Position numbers and translations under genes: made by a program. Under the pieces are notes generated by a model, which was not told the origin of the DNA, ran no database searches, and was given only the letters and a program-made list of their open reading frames with translations. From Pristiophorus japonicus (taxonomy: Eukaryota), in NCBI RefSeq assembly GCF_044704955.1, contig NC_091995.1:16120001-16184000 (forward strand): a stretch of 64,000 nucleotides of DNA, in the 5' to 3' direction. Numbering within the stretch: position 1 is the stretch's first letter; every line of letters begins with the position of its first letter. Below, piece by piece: positions 1 to 11,845 of this stretch.

Positions 1-399
1 CCCTTCATGAATCCGTGCTGCGTCTGCTTATTACACTATTCCTATCTAGATGTCCCGCTATTTCTTCCTTAATGATAGTTTCAAGCATTTTCCCCACTAC
101 AGATGTTAAACTAACTGGCCTATAGTTCCCTGCCTTTTCTCTGCCCCCTTGTTTAAACAGAGGCGTTACATTAGCTTATTTCCAATCCCCTCGTACCTCC
201 CCAGAGTCCAGAGACCTTTGGTAGATTATAACGAATGCATCTGCTATAACTTCCGCCATCTCTTTTAATACCCTGGGATGCATTTCATCAGGACCAGGGG
301 ATTGTCTACCTTGAGTCCCGTTAGCCTGTCCAGCATTACCCCCCTAGTGATAGTGATTCGCTCAAGGTCCTCCCTTCCCACATTCCTGTGACCAGCAAT

Positions 400-1272
400 T
401 TATGGCATGGTTTTTGTGTCTTCCACTGTGAAGACCGAAGCAAAATAATTGTTTAAGGTCTCAGCCATTTCCACATTTCCCATTATTAAATCCCCCTTCT
501 CATCTTCTAAGGGACCAACATTTACTTTAGTCACTCTTTTCCGTTTTATATATCTGTAGAAGCTTTTACTATCCGTTTTTATGTTTTGCGCAAGTTTACC
601 TTCGTAATCTATCTTTCCTTTCTTTATTGCTTTCTTAGTCATTCTTTGCTGTCGTTTAAAATTTTCCCAATCTTCTATTTTCCCACTAACCTTGGCCACC
701 TTATATGCATTGTTTTTTAATTTGATACTCTCCTTTATTTCCTTGATTATCCACGGCTGGTTATCCCTTCTCTTACCGCCTTTCTTTTTCACTGGAATAT
801 ATTTGTGTTGAGCACTATCAAAGAGCTCCTTAAAAGTCCTCCAATGTTCCTCAATTGTGCCACCGTTTAGTCTGTGTTTCCAGTCTACTTTAGCCAACTC
901 TGCCCTCATCCCACCGGAGTCCACTTTGTTTAAGCATGGTACGCTCGTTCGAGACACTACTTCCTCATCGTCAATCTGTATTACAAATTCAACCATACTG
1001 TGATGACTCATTCCGAGAGGATCTTTTACTAGGACATCGTTTATTATTCCTGTCTCATTACACAGGACCAGATCTAAGATAGCTTGCTCCCTTGTAGGTT
1101 CTGTAACATACTGTTCTAAGAAACAATCCCGTATGCATTCTATGAATCCCTCCTCCAGGCTACCCCATGCGATTTGATTTGACCAAGAGATATGTAGGTT
1201 AAAATCCCCCATGATTACTGCCGTTCCTTTTTCACATGCCTCCATTATTCCCTTGATTATTGCCCTCCCCAC
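400..1272 (-). pseudogene. CR1 ORF2 fragment (APE endonuclease C-terminal half and tether)
   Basis: Translation VIMGDFNL...PTREQAILDLVLCNE...SKSFYRYIKRKR...LNNYFASVF is typical CR1 ORF2; stops and frameshifts flank it. Confidence 0.9.
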
Positions 1273-1524
1273 CGTGAAGTTATTATTTGGGGGCCTATAA
1301 ACTACTTTTTTGCCTTACTATCTCTAATCTCCGCCCACAATGATTGAACATTTTGTTCATTAGAGCCAATATCGTCTCTCACAACTGCCCTGATATCATC
1401 CTTTATTAACAGAGCTACCCCACCTCCTTTCCCTTCTTGTCTATCTTTCTAAATCGTCAGATACTCCTGAATGTTTAATTCCCAGTCTTGGCCACTCTGC
1501 AACCACGTTTCTGTAATTGCCACT

Positions 1525-1812
1525 AAAAAGGGCCACTGAATATAAAGGGGCTGCAGGAGGCGTCAAAACTAAAAATCATGGTTTAAAAACTAGTATTAAA
1601 ACACTCTACCTGAACGCACGGAGCATTCGAAATAAAGTAAATGAGTTGACGGCACAAATCTTTACCCAGTTGTAATGATTTGTGCCGTCAACTCATTTAC
1701 TTTATTTCGAATGCTCCGTGCGTTTAGGTAGAGTGTTTTAATACTAGTTTTTAAACCATGATTTTTAGTTTTGACCCCTCCTGCAGCCCCTTTTTATTCA
1801 GTGGCCCTTTTT
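1525..1812. repeat. Near-perfect inverted repeat (136-bp arms, 16-bp spacer)
   Basis: 1525..1660 is the reverse complement of 1677..1812 with about 3 mismatches. Confidence 0.95.
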
Positions 1813-1930
1813 GTTTTTTGCCTTGGGTTTCTCTGCCCTCCACTTTTACTCATCTCCTTTCTGTCTTTAGCATTTGTCTCCTTTTTGTTTCCCTCTGTCT
1901 CCCTGCATTGGTTCCCATCTCCCTGCCATA

Positions 1931-2880
1931 TTAGTTTAACTCCTCCCCAACAGCACTAGCAAACACTCCCCCTAGGACATTGATTCCGGTCCTGCCCAGG
2001 TGCAGACCGTCCAGTTTGTACTGGTCCCACCTCCCCCAGAACCGGTTCCAATGCCCCAGGAATTTGAATTCCTCCCTGCTGCACCACTGTTCAAGCCACG
2101 TATTCATCTGAGCTATCCTGCGATTCCTACTCTGACTAGCACGTGGCACTGGTAGCAATCCTGAGATTACTACTTTTGAGGTCCTACGTTTTAATTTAGC
2201 TCATAGCTCCTTAAATTCGTCTTGTAGGACATCATCCCTTTTTTTTAACCTATATCTTTGGTACCAATGTGCACCACGACAACTGGCTGTTCAACCTCCC
2301 TCTTCAGAATGTCCTGCACCCACTCCGAGACATCCTTGACCCTTGCACCAGGGAGGCAACATACCATCCTGGAGTCTCGGTTGCGGCCACAGAAACGCCT
2401 ATCTATTCTCCTTACAATCTAATCCCCTATCACTATCGCTCTCACACTCTTTTTCCTGCCCTCCTGTGCAGCAGAGCCAGCCACGGTGCCATGAACTTGG
2501 CTGCTGCTGCCCTCCCCTGATGAGTCATCCCCCTCAACAGTACTCAAAGCGGTGTATCTGTTTTGCAGGGGAATGACCGCAGGGGACCCCTGTACTACCT
2601 TCCTTGCACTGCTCTTCCTGCTGGTCTTCCATTCCCTAGCTGGCTGTGGACCCTTCACCTGTGGTAAGACCAACTCACTGCACGTGCTACTCACATCATT
2701 CTCAGCATCGTGGATGCTCCAGAGTGAATCCACCCTCAGCTCCAATTCCGCAAAGCGGACGGTCAGGAGCTGGAGGCAGATACACTTCCCGCACACGTAG
2801 TCATCAGGGACACCGGAAGTGTCCCTGAGTTCCCACATGGTACAGGAGGAGCATATCACGTGACCGAGCTCTTCTGCCAT
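1931..2880 (-). pseudogene. CR1 ORF1 (zinc-finger/leucine-zipper N-terminus plus SGNH esterase domain), broken
   Basis: CSSCTMW...CGKC, LQNRY, IVIGD in 2419..2880; DGLHLGRTG in 1931..2158. Confidence 0.85.
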
Positions 2881-3064
2881 GACTTATCCCTTAGATACAC
2901 TTAAATTTCCAACAACAATGTTAAAGTTTACTCATTGTTATAGAAGAGAAAAATGAAAAACTACTCACCAATCCAGCCAATCACTTACCCCGTTGGCTGT
3001 GACATCACCTTTCTGTTTCTTTCTACTTCTTTTTTGCCTTCTCCCTGTAGCTGCACAAGCTCAT

Positions 3065-3285
3065 CTCTCCAACGAAGTCACGACTGCCTCTTTGACGCTC
3101 CTCTCGCCGATGCTGGGCCCCGGATTCCCTGCTGTGCCTATTATAGGCCTCTCCAACGAAGTCCCGACTGCCTCTGCGATGCACCTCTCGCCGACGCTGG
3201 GCCTCGGACTCCCTGCTGTGCCTTTTATAGGCCTCTCCAACGAAGTCCCGACTGCCTCTCCGACGCACTTCTCGCCGACGCTGGG
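3065..3285 (-). repeat. 84-bp tandem monomers (~2.6 copies) at the CR1 5' end
   Basis: CTCTCCAACGAAGTC recurs at 3065, 3149 and 3233. Confidence 0.9.
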
Positions 3286-4310
3286 CAGTTTCTTAAACGT
3301 AAGGGGTTATAAGGAGCGGGCGGAGAAGTGCAGCTGAGTCCATGATCAGATCAGCCATGATCTTATTGAATGGTGGAGCAGGCTCGAGGGGCCGTATGGC
3401 CTACTCCTGTTCCTATTTCATATGTTCTTACGTTCTTATGAAAATATAGACCAGTTACCCTAACATCTGTCATTAGGAAAATGCTAGAGTCCATTATTAA
3501 GGAAGCAGTAGCTGAAAATTTGGAAAAGCATAATTCAATCAAACAGAGTCAGCATGGCTTTATGAAATGGAAATTATGTTTGACAATTTTGCTTCAGTTT
3601 TTGAGGATGTAACTAGCAGGGTGGATCAGTGGGAACCAGTGGATGTAGTATATTTGGATTTCCAGACGGCATTTGATAAGGTGCCACATGAAAGCTTACT
3701 GCACAAGATAAAAGCTCACGGGGTTGGGGACATGGTTAGGAATGGCTAACTAACAGAAAACAGAGAGTCGGAATGAATGGGCAATTTTCCGGTTGGCAAA
3801 CAGTAACTTGCTGCCACAGGGATTAGTGCTGAATCCTCAACTATTTACACTCTATATTAATGACTTGGATGAAGGGACCAAGTATAATGTAGCCAAGCTT
3901 GCTGATGGTGCAAAGATGGGTGGAAAAACAAATTATGAGGCGGACACAAAAAAATCTGCAAATGGATATAGGCAGGCTAAGTGAGTGGGCAAAGATTTAG
4001 CAGATGGAGTATAATGTTAGAAAATGTGAGGTTATCCACTTTGGCAGAAAGAATAAAAAAGCAAATTATAACTTAAATGCAGAAAAATAGCAAAATTTGC
4101 AGTACAGAGGGACCTGGTGGTCCTTGTGCATGAAACACGAACAGTTAATAAGCAGGTACAGCAAGTAACCATGATTTTAAGCGATAAGGGAGTAAAGGGT
4201 TATGGGGGCCAGACAGGGAAGTAGAGCTGAGTCCATGATCTTATTAAATGGCGGAGCAGGCTCGAGGTGCCAAAATAGCCTACTCCTGCTCCTATTTCTT
4301 ATGTTCTTAT
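3286..4310 (+). mobile_element. CR1 fragments (3' tail, RT segment, second 3' tail)
   Basis: VDVVYLDFQTAFDKVPH and ADG (for ADD) motifs; (TTCTTATG)n tails near 3420-3440 and 4295-4310. Confidence 0.85.
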
Positions 4311-4783
4311 GTTGTTAAATTTGGCTACATTACACTCGGTCCCTTCATCCAAGTCATTAAGATACATTGTAAATCGTTGAGGCCCCAGCACTGATCGCTG
4401 TGGCACCCCACTAGTTACAGTTTGCCAACCTGAACATGACTCATTTATCCCAACACCCTGTTTTCTGTTAGTTAGCCAATCGTCTATCGAAGCTAACATA
4501 TTATCCCAATCCCGTGAACTCTTATCTTGTGCAGTAACCTTTTATGCGTCACCTTATCGAATGCTTTCTGGAAATCCAAATACACGACATATAATGGTTC
4601 TGCTTTATCCACCCTGCACACATCCTCAAAGAACTCCAACAAATTTGCCAAACATGATTTCCCTTTCATAAAACCATGCTGACTCTGCTTGATTACATTA
4701 TGATTTTCTAAATGTCCTGCTATTACTTCCTTAATGATGGACTCCAGCATTTTCCAATGACAGATGTTACGCTAACTCGTCTA
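4311..4783 (-). mobile_element. CR1 RT fragment
   Basis: QHGFMKGKSCL, YLDFQKAFDKV and GVPQRSVLGP in ORFs 4493..4750 and 4299..4499. Confidence 0.88.
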
Positions 4784-5157
4784 TTGTAGTCACTGCTGTA
4801 ATGCAGGAAACACAGCAGCCGATTTGCGCACAGCAAGCTGCCACACACAGCAATGTGCTAATGACTAGATAATTTGTTTCTTTCAATAATTTTCGTTGAG
4901 TGATATATATTGACTAGCAAATCAGCGAAAACTTCGCAGCTCTTCTTCAAAATGGTGCCATGGATCTTTTATCCACCTGCGACGGCACACGGCGCCTCGG
5001 TTTAACGTTTCATCTGAAAGACGGAATCTCCGACAGTGCATCACTTCCTCAGCACTGCACTGGAGTGTCAACGTAGATATTCTCTGTTCAAATTTCTGGA
5101 GCCTGGCCTTCTGACCCAGAGGTGAGAGTGCTACCTTCCGAGACAGGGCTACCATTA
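4784..5157 (-). mobile_element. Deu-domain tRNA-head SINE (SacSINE1-like)
   Basis: Deu core GAAACGTTAAACCGAGGC...AAAGATCCATGGCAC on the minus strand; homologous to 62351..62780. Confidence 0.8.
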
Positions 5158-5168
5158 AAACGTTGCAC

Positions 5169-5241
5169 CACCCCAGATGGGATTCAAACCCACAATCCCT
5201 TGCGTAGGAGGCCACTGTTTTATCCATTGGGCCACTAGGTC
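5169..5241 (-). pseudogene. tRNA-Arg(CCT)-derived pseudogene
   Basis: Full-length match to the 11361 copy, with stem mismatches and an altered B box (TTTGAA). Confidence 0.8.
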
Positions 5242-5367
5242 TGCTATTAGCACTGGCCGTGCTATAGGCACACCTCTACGAACTAACTCTACTCCAAGTT
5301 TTAAAGAATGCAGCACATCATTTCCCTCCCCGCCCACGTGCAATCTACGAAGCTTTTAGAACACTAA

Positions 5368-6390
5368 ATGGCCACAGGGCTCAGTGCTGGGACCCCATCT
5401 CTTTACAATATACATCAATGATTTGGATGAAGGAATTGAGTGTAATATGTCCAAGTTTGCAGATGACACTAAACTGGGTGGCGGTGTGAGCTGTGAGGGT
5501 GACGCTAAGAGGCTGCAGGGTGACTTAGATAGGTTAGGTTAGTGGGCAAATGCATGGCAGATGCAATAAAATGTGGATAAATGTGAGGTTATCGATTTTG
5601 AGGGCAAAAACGCGAAGACAGAATATTATCTCAATGGTAGCAGATTAGGAAAAGGGGAGGTGCAACGAGACCTGGGTGTCATGGTTCATCAGTCATTGAA
5701 AGTTAGCATACCAGGTGCGGCAGGTGGTAAAAAAGGCAAATGGTATGTTGGTCTTCATAGCTAGGAGATTTGAGTATAGGAGCAGGGAGGTCTTACTGCA
5801 GTTGTACAGTGCCTTGGTGAGGCCTCACCTGGAATATTGTGTTCAATTTTGGTCTCCAAATCTGAGGAAGGACGTTCTTGCTATTGAGGGAGTACAGCGA
5901 AGGTTCACCAGACTGATTCCCGGACTGACATATGAGGAGAGACTGGATCAACTGGGCCTTTATGCATTGGAGTTTAGAAGATTGGAGAGGGGATCTCATA
6001 GAAACATGCAAGATTCTGACGGGACGGGACAAGTTAGATTCGGTTAGATTGTTCCCGATGTTGGGGAAGTCCAGCACCAGGGGACACAGTCTATGGATAA
6101 GGGGTAGGCCATTTAGGACTGAGATGAGGGGAAACCTCTTCACTCAGAGAGTTGTTAACCTGTGGAATTCCCTGCCGTAGAGAGTTGTTGATGCCAGTTC
6201 ATTGGATATATTCAAGAGGGAGTTAGATATGGCCCTTACAGCTAAAGGGATCAAGGGGTGGGGAGAAAGCAGGAAAGGGGTACTGAGGGAATGATCAGCT
6301 ATGATCTTATCGAATGGTGGTGCAGGCTCGAAGGGCCGAATGGCCTACTCCTGCACCTATTTTCTATGTTTCTATGTTTCTATGTTTCTA
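5368..6390 (+). mobile_element. 5'-truncated CR1 inserted in the tRNA upstream spacer
   Basis: FADD, RPHLEYCVQFWSP and VNLWNSLP motifs; (TTTCTATG)n tail. Confidence 0.9.
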
Positions 6391-6818
6391 GATTGGGCTC
6401 AACGCATTATTACTTGATTTGGCACATCCTCTCCCTTTCACTTTTCAACCTTAGTTTCTCCTTTAATAGTAAGAAACAAATAACATTCTCTTACCGCCTG
6501 TCCCATCTCTTCCATTCTATTGACTACCATACAGGACGGGTGACAGCTCACAGTTCAATCTACTACGTAACATTTTGCAATGTTTTACTTTTTACTTCTA
6601 CAGTTATATATACAGTGGACTTGGTACAAATACGCATGGTTTAAATGTCCATGCAGTTGTACCTTTTGAAACCCTGCTGACGGTCAGTAAGGGATTGATT
6701 TGGCTAATTTAACACTATAAACTTGGGTAGCGTATTAATCTGCTTTTTTTTATTGATATTAGGCTATAAGTCATTCAGAAAGTCAAGTAGTAGAGGAGAC
6801 GTGTTATTTCGTGTAGTA

Positions 6819-6891
6819 TCCTCAGTGGCCTAATTAATAAAGCACTGGCCACTTCAGTCAGGGATTGTGGATTCAAGTCCCATCTGGGGCG
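6819..6891 (+). pseudogene. tRNA-Arg-derived pseudogene
   Basis: CAGTGGCCTAATTAATAAAGCACTGGC...GGGATTGTGGATTCAAGTCCCATCTGGGG; D loop and anticodon loop mutated. Confidence 0.8.
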
Positions 6892-7024
6892 CTTTCGTAT
6901 TTTACCATCAGCCATGGCTCAATGCGTAGCAATCTCACCTCTGCTTCAGCTGTTTGTTGGACCCACTCCAGAAAATTGAACGCAACAATTCTGTCGATCC
7001 AGAGTTTCTTCATTGTGTTGATTT

Positions 7025-7490
7025 TAGAAAGAAAGAAAAACTTGCATTTATATATCGCCTCTCACGACCTCAAGACGTCCCAATGCGCTTAACAGCCAAT
7101 GAAGTACTTTTTGAAGTGTAGTCACTGTTGTAATGCAAGAAAGGCGGCAGCCAATTTGCGCACAGCAAGCTCCCACATATTTGATAATAACCAGATAGTC
7201 GGTTTTGTTTATTTGATGTTGGATGAAGGATCAATATTGGCTAGGACACCAGAGGTAACTCCTCTGCTCTTCATAATAGTGGCATGGGATTTTATACGTG
7301 CACCTAAGATGGCAGACTGGTTTCAGTTTAACATCTCAAGCTGAATGATGGCAGCTCTGACAGTGCAGCACTTCCTCAGTACTGCACTGGAGTGTCAGTC
7401 TGAATTTTTAATGCTCAAGTCTCTGGAATGGGACCCACAACATTCTGAATCTGAGGTGAGAACGAAACCTACTGTGCTACGCCTGACACT
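7025..7490 (-). mobile_element. Deu-domain SINE, near full length
   Basis: 3' tail ...ATATAAATGCAAG and Deu core on the minus strand; head abuts the tRNA at 7496. Confidence 0.8.
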
Positions 7491-7495
7491 ATACT

Positions 7496-7562
7496 CACCG
7501 CAAATGGGACTCGAATCCACAATCCCTGGCTTCGGAGGCCTTATCCTTCAGGCCAGTGGGGC
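7496..7562 (-). pseudogene. tRNA-Arg(CCG)-like pseudogene with internal deletion
   Basis: Minus strand reads CCTCCGAAGCCAGGGATTGTGGATTCGAGTCCCA; about 6 nt missing before the anticodon arm. Confidence 0.75.
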
Positions 7563-8919
7563 AGGTACCTGCAGTCTCTCTACTATCTTATTCTTCTCCA
7601 AATTTCCGAAAATGTGGAACACAATCATCCCTCTTTTTCCCTGCAATTTACGGGCCTTTCCAACAAGTTTGGGCTCATCTAATTATTACTTGATTCACCT
7701 CACCCTCTCCCTTGCTCTTTTCAACCTTGGATTCTGATTTAGAAAGTTAGAAACAAACAACATTCTCTTACCACCTGGCCCTTGTCTTCCATTCGATTGG
7801 CTACAATACAGGACGGGTGAGACTCACAGTTCAACCTACTATTTAATATTTTATTTTAAAGAAATACTTCCTGACATAAGATGAGTGGGTAGACTCTGGC
7901 TTTGAAAGCCATCTTGATTTTGTGTGATAATGTAAAACTCGCCTGCTCTTCTTCAAAGCAGCACCTTGGGATTTTTCACGAGCACCTGAAAGGCCAGACA
8001 GGGTTCTTGGCGTCACGTCTCATCCGAAAGACGGCATCTCCGACGGTGCAGCACTCCCTCAGCACTACACCGGGCGTGTCAGCCTAGATTTATGTGGTCA
8101 AGTCACTGGAATGAAATTACGAACTACTTCTACAAAGGAAGGGTGGTAGAAGTTTGGAATTCTCTTCCAGAAACGGTAATTGATGCTAGTACAACTGTTC
8201 ATTTTAAATCTGAGATTGACAGCTTTCTGTTAACCAAAGGTATTAAGGGATATGGCCCAAAGGTATTAAGGGATATGCTGTATGGAGTTAGGTCATAAAT
8301 CAGAGATTGAATGGGGGAGCAGGCTCGAGGGGCCAAATGCCTTCCTCTCCTTCCAGTGTTCCCATAACCTTCTGACCTGTGGTTCCAAGTTCCATCTCGG
8401 GTGGTGTAGAATTTTAGTGTCAGCCGTGGCTCAGTGCATAGCAATCTCAACTCTGGGTCAGAAGGTTGTCCCAATCCACAAACCTGAGCACTAAAATCTA
8501 GGCGGTAGATTCAGAGTTTCTTCACTATGTTGCAATAAAAAGGAAGAAAAACTTGCAGCACCTTTCACGACATCAGGGCATCCCAAAGCGTTTTACAGCC
8601 AATGAAGTACTTTTTAAAATGTAATCACTGTTGCAATGCAAGAAACGCAACAGCCAATTTGCGCTCAGCAAGCTCTCACAAATGTGATGATGACTAGATA
8701 ATCTCTTTTTTAGTGATGTTGGATGAGTGATAAATATTCGCCAGGACACCAGGGAGAACTCCACAGCTTTCCTTCGACATAGTGCCGAGGGATCTTATAC
8801 ATCCATCTTAGACAGCAGTCGGTTTAACATCTCATCTGAATGAAAGTACATCCGACAGGGCAGAACTTCCTCAGCACTGCACTGGAGTGTCAGCCTGAAT
8901 CATTCGTGCTCACGTTTTC

Positions 8920-11275
8920 AAATTGTCTCTGGCTACAGTTGTGGTGCCAGAGGACTGGAGAACTGCTAAAGTTTTACCATTGTTTACAAAAGGAGAAAGG
9001 GGTAGACTGAGTCATTACAAGTCAGTCAGCCTAACCACGGAGATTGGAAAATTACTGGCAAAAATTTTGAAGAACAGTATAAATCTTCAATTACAAAGAC
9101 ACAGATTAATCAAGGACAGTCAGTGTGGATTTGTCAAGGGAACCCCGTGGCAGACTAAATTCATAGAATTTTATGAGGAGGTAGCACGGAGTGTTTCTGG
9201 ATTTTAGCAAGGCTTTTGATAAGGTTCCACATGGCAGCCTGAACACGAAAGTAAAAGCCCATGGGATCCAAGGCAAAGTGCCAAGTTGGATCCGAAATTG
9301 GCTCAGAGGGAGGTAGCAAAAGGTAATGGTCGATGGCTCTATTTGTGAAGGAAAGGCTGTTTCCAATGGATTTCCACAGGGCTCGGTAATATGTCTCTTG
9401 CTGTTTGAGGTGGAAATCAACGACTTAGGCATGAATGTTTAGGGTATGATTAAGAAGGTTGCAGATGATACAAAAATTGGCCGTGTTGTTGATAATGTTG
9501 AAGAAAGATGTAGATTGCAGGAAGATATCAGTGACCTAGTTAGGTGGGCAGAACAGTGGCAAAAGTAATTCAATCCAATGTGAGAGGTTATGCATTTTGA
9601 GAGAGATAGCAGGGCAAGGGAATACACAATAAACGGCAGGATACTGAGAAGTGTAAATGAACAGAGGGACCTTAGAGTGCATGTCCACAGATCCCTGAAG
9701 GTAACAGGACAGGTTGATAAGCTGGTTAAGAATACATACTGGATACTTGCCTTTATTATATAGTCGACGTATTTACTGAGGCACACGAAAGCATGGGCCT
9801 TATGCTAAACATCCATAAGACAAAGGTCCTCCACCAGCCTGTCCTCGCCGCACAGCACTGCCCCCCCCAGTCATCAAGATCCATGGGATGACCCTGGACA
9901 ACCTGGACCATTTCCCATATATCATGAGCCTCTTATCAACAAAAGCAGACATTGATGAGGAGTTTCAACATTGCCTCCAGTGCACCAGTGCAGCCTTCGG
10001 CTGCCTGAGGAGAAGAGTGTTCGAAGACCAGGCGCTCAAATCTACCATCAAGCTCATGGTCTACAGGGCTGTAATAATACTCGCCCTCCAGTATGGCTCA
10101 GAGGCATGGACAGTAGACATCTCAAGTCGCTGGAGAAATACCATCAATGATGCCTTCGCAAGATCCTACAAATCCCCTGGGAGGACAGATGCACCAACAT
10201 TAGCGTCCTCGACCAGGCTAACACCCCCAACATTGAAGCACTGACCACACTTGATCTGCTCCGCTGGGCAGGCCACATTGTCCACATGCCAGACACGAGA
10301 CTCCCAAAGCAAGCTCTCGACTCGGAACTCCTTCATGGCAAACGAGTCAAGGGTGGACAGAGGAAACATTACAAGGACACACTCAAAGTCTCCCTGATAA
10401 AGGGCGGCATCCCGACCAACACCTGGAAGTCCCTGGCCAAAGATCGCCCTGAGTGGAAGAAGTGCATCTAGGAGGGTGCTGGGCGCCTTGCGTCTTATCG
10501 CCGAGTGCATACAGAAAATAAGCACAGGCAGCAGAAGGAACACGCGGCAAAGCTATCCCTCCCTCCCTTAGCCTCAATGACTGTCTGTCCCACCTGTGAC
10601 AGGGACTGTGGCTCTCGTATTGGACTGTTCAGCCACCTAAGAACTCATTCTAAGAGTGGAAGCAAGTCTTCCTCGATTCCGACGGACTGCCTATGATGAT
10701 GATCATTAGCTGAGGTGTAGATTATAAGAACAGGGAGACCACAGCTGGAGTATTGCTTGCAGTTAAGGTCACCAATTACAGGAAAGATGTGATTACACTA
10801 GAGAGGAGACAGAAGAGATTTACGAGGATGTTGCTTGGACTGGAGAATTTTAGCTACGAGGGAAGATTGGATAGGATGGGGCTTTTTCTCTGGAATAGAA
10901 GAGGAAGACGGGAGACCTGAATGTGGTGTATAAACTTACGAGGTGCCTAGATAGAGTGGACAGGAAGGACCTATTTCTCTTAGCAGAGGGCTCAACAGCC
11001 AGGGGACATAGATTTAAAGTAACTGATAGGATTTTATTGGGGATTTGAGGGCATGGGTGATGGGGGATTGGAACTCACTGCCTGAAAGGATGGTAGAGGC
11101 AGAAAGGCTCATCACATTTAAAAAGTACTTGGATATGCACTTGAAATGCCGTAACTTACAAGGTTACAGACCAGGAGCTGGAAAGTGGGATTAGGCCTGA
11201 TAGCTCTTTATCGGCCGGCATGTACACGATGTGCTGAATGGCTTCCTTCTGTGCTGTAAATTTCTGTGACTGCAA
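8920..11275 (+). mobile_element. CR1 3' region, interrupted by an RTE at ~9762-10705
   Basis: VPEDWRTA, DFSKAFDKVPH and ADDTK motifs; sequence resumes after the RTE (ATTA duplicated). Confidence 0.85.
9762..10705 (+). mobile_element. RTE-clade LINE 3' fragment
   Basis: KLMVYRAV, RWAGHI, CPTCDRDC..RIGLFSHLRTH motifs; (GAT)n tail. Confidence 0.9.
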
Positions 11276-11360
11276 AGTATGTGGAGTGGGACTCACATCA
11301 TTCTGAACCTGAAGTAAGAGTGCTGCACACTGAGCCACAGCTGATAGCAAAATCGTACCT

Positions 11361-11433
11361 CACCCCAGATGGGATTCGAACCCACAATCCCTGACTTAGG
11401 AGGCCAGTGCCTTATCCATTAGGCCACTGGAGC
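11361..11433 (-). tRNA. TRR-CCT: tRNA-Arg(CCT), apparently intact
   Basis: GCTCCAGTGGCCTAATGGATAAGGCACTGGCCTCCTAAGTCAGGGATTGTGGGTTCGAATCCCATCTGGGGTG: 73 nt, all four stems pair (some G-U), intact A and B boxes, TTTT 8 nt downstream. Confidence 0.88.
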
Positions 11434-11767
11434 TGTTGCAGTAAGCAGTTCTACTAACTCATATTTCACCGAGGATTCAGAAATGTGCAACATAATCATG
11501 CCTCTGTTTTTCTGCAATTTACATTCCTTTAAAACACGTTCGAGCACACTTATTTATTACCTGATTTACCTAATCCTCCTCTCTTTTGCACTTTCTAACC
11601 TTGGTTTCTCATTTAGAAAGTTAGAAACAGACAACATTTTCTTACCGCCTGTCCCCTGTCATCCGTTCTATTGGCGACAATACAAGACAGGTGAGACTCA
11701 TAGTTGAACCGATTACGTAACACTTTGCATTTTGTTTATTTTTACTCATGCACTTATACATAACTTG

Positions 11768-11845
11768 GCTGCCTGACCTGCTGAGATTTGCAGCATTTTT
11801 TATTTATCTTTCCGATTCCAGCATCCGCCCATATTTTGCTTTTGG
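11768..11845 (+). mobile_element. Short Penelope-like terminal fragment
   Basis: GCTGCCTGACCTGCTGAG...CAGCATCCGC...TTTTGCTTTTG; absent from paralogous spacers. Confidence 0.55.

Larger units (their letters stand above)
1..3285 (-). mobile_element. CR1 LINE, 5' portion (5'UTR, ORF1, endonuclease and start of RT of ORF2); runs off the left window edge; disrupted
   Basis: ORF2 APE motifs (MGDFN, LDLVL, SHH for SDH) in 400..1272; ORF1 Cys-rich motif plus SGNH-like 'VIGD' and 'DGLHL' in 1931..2880. Confidence 0.92.
8535..11346 (-). mobile_element. Deu-SINE split by a nested CR1+RTE insertion (body ~8535-8915, head ~11278-11346)
   Basis: SINE body ends at the CR1 start; SINE head resumes after the CR1 3' tail. 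Confidence 0.7.
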
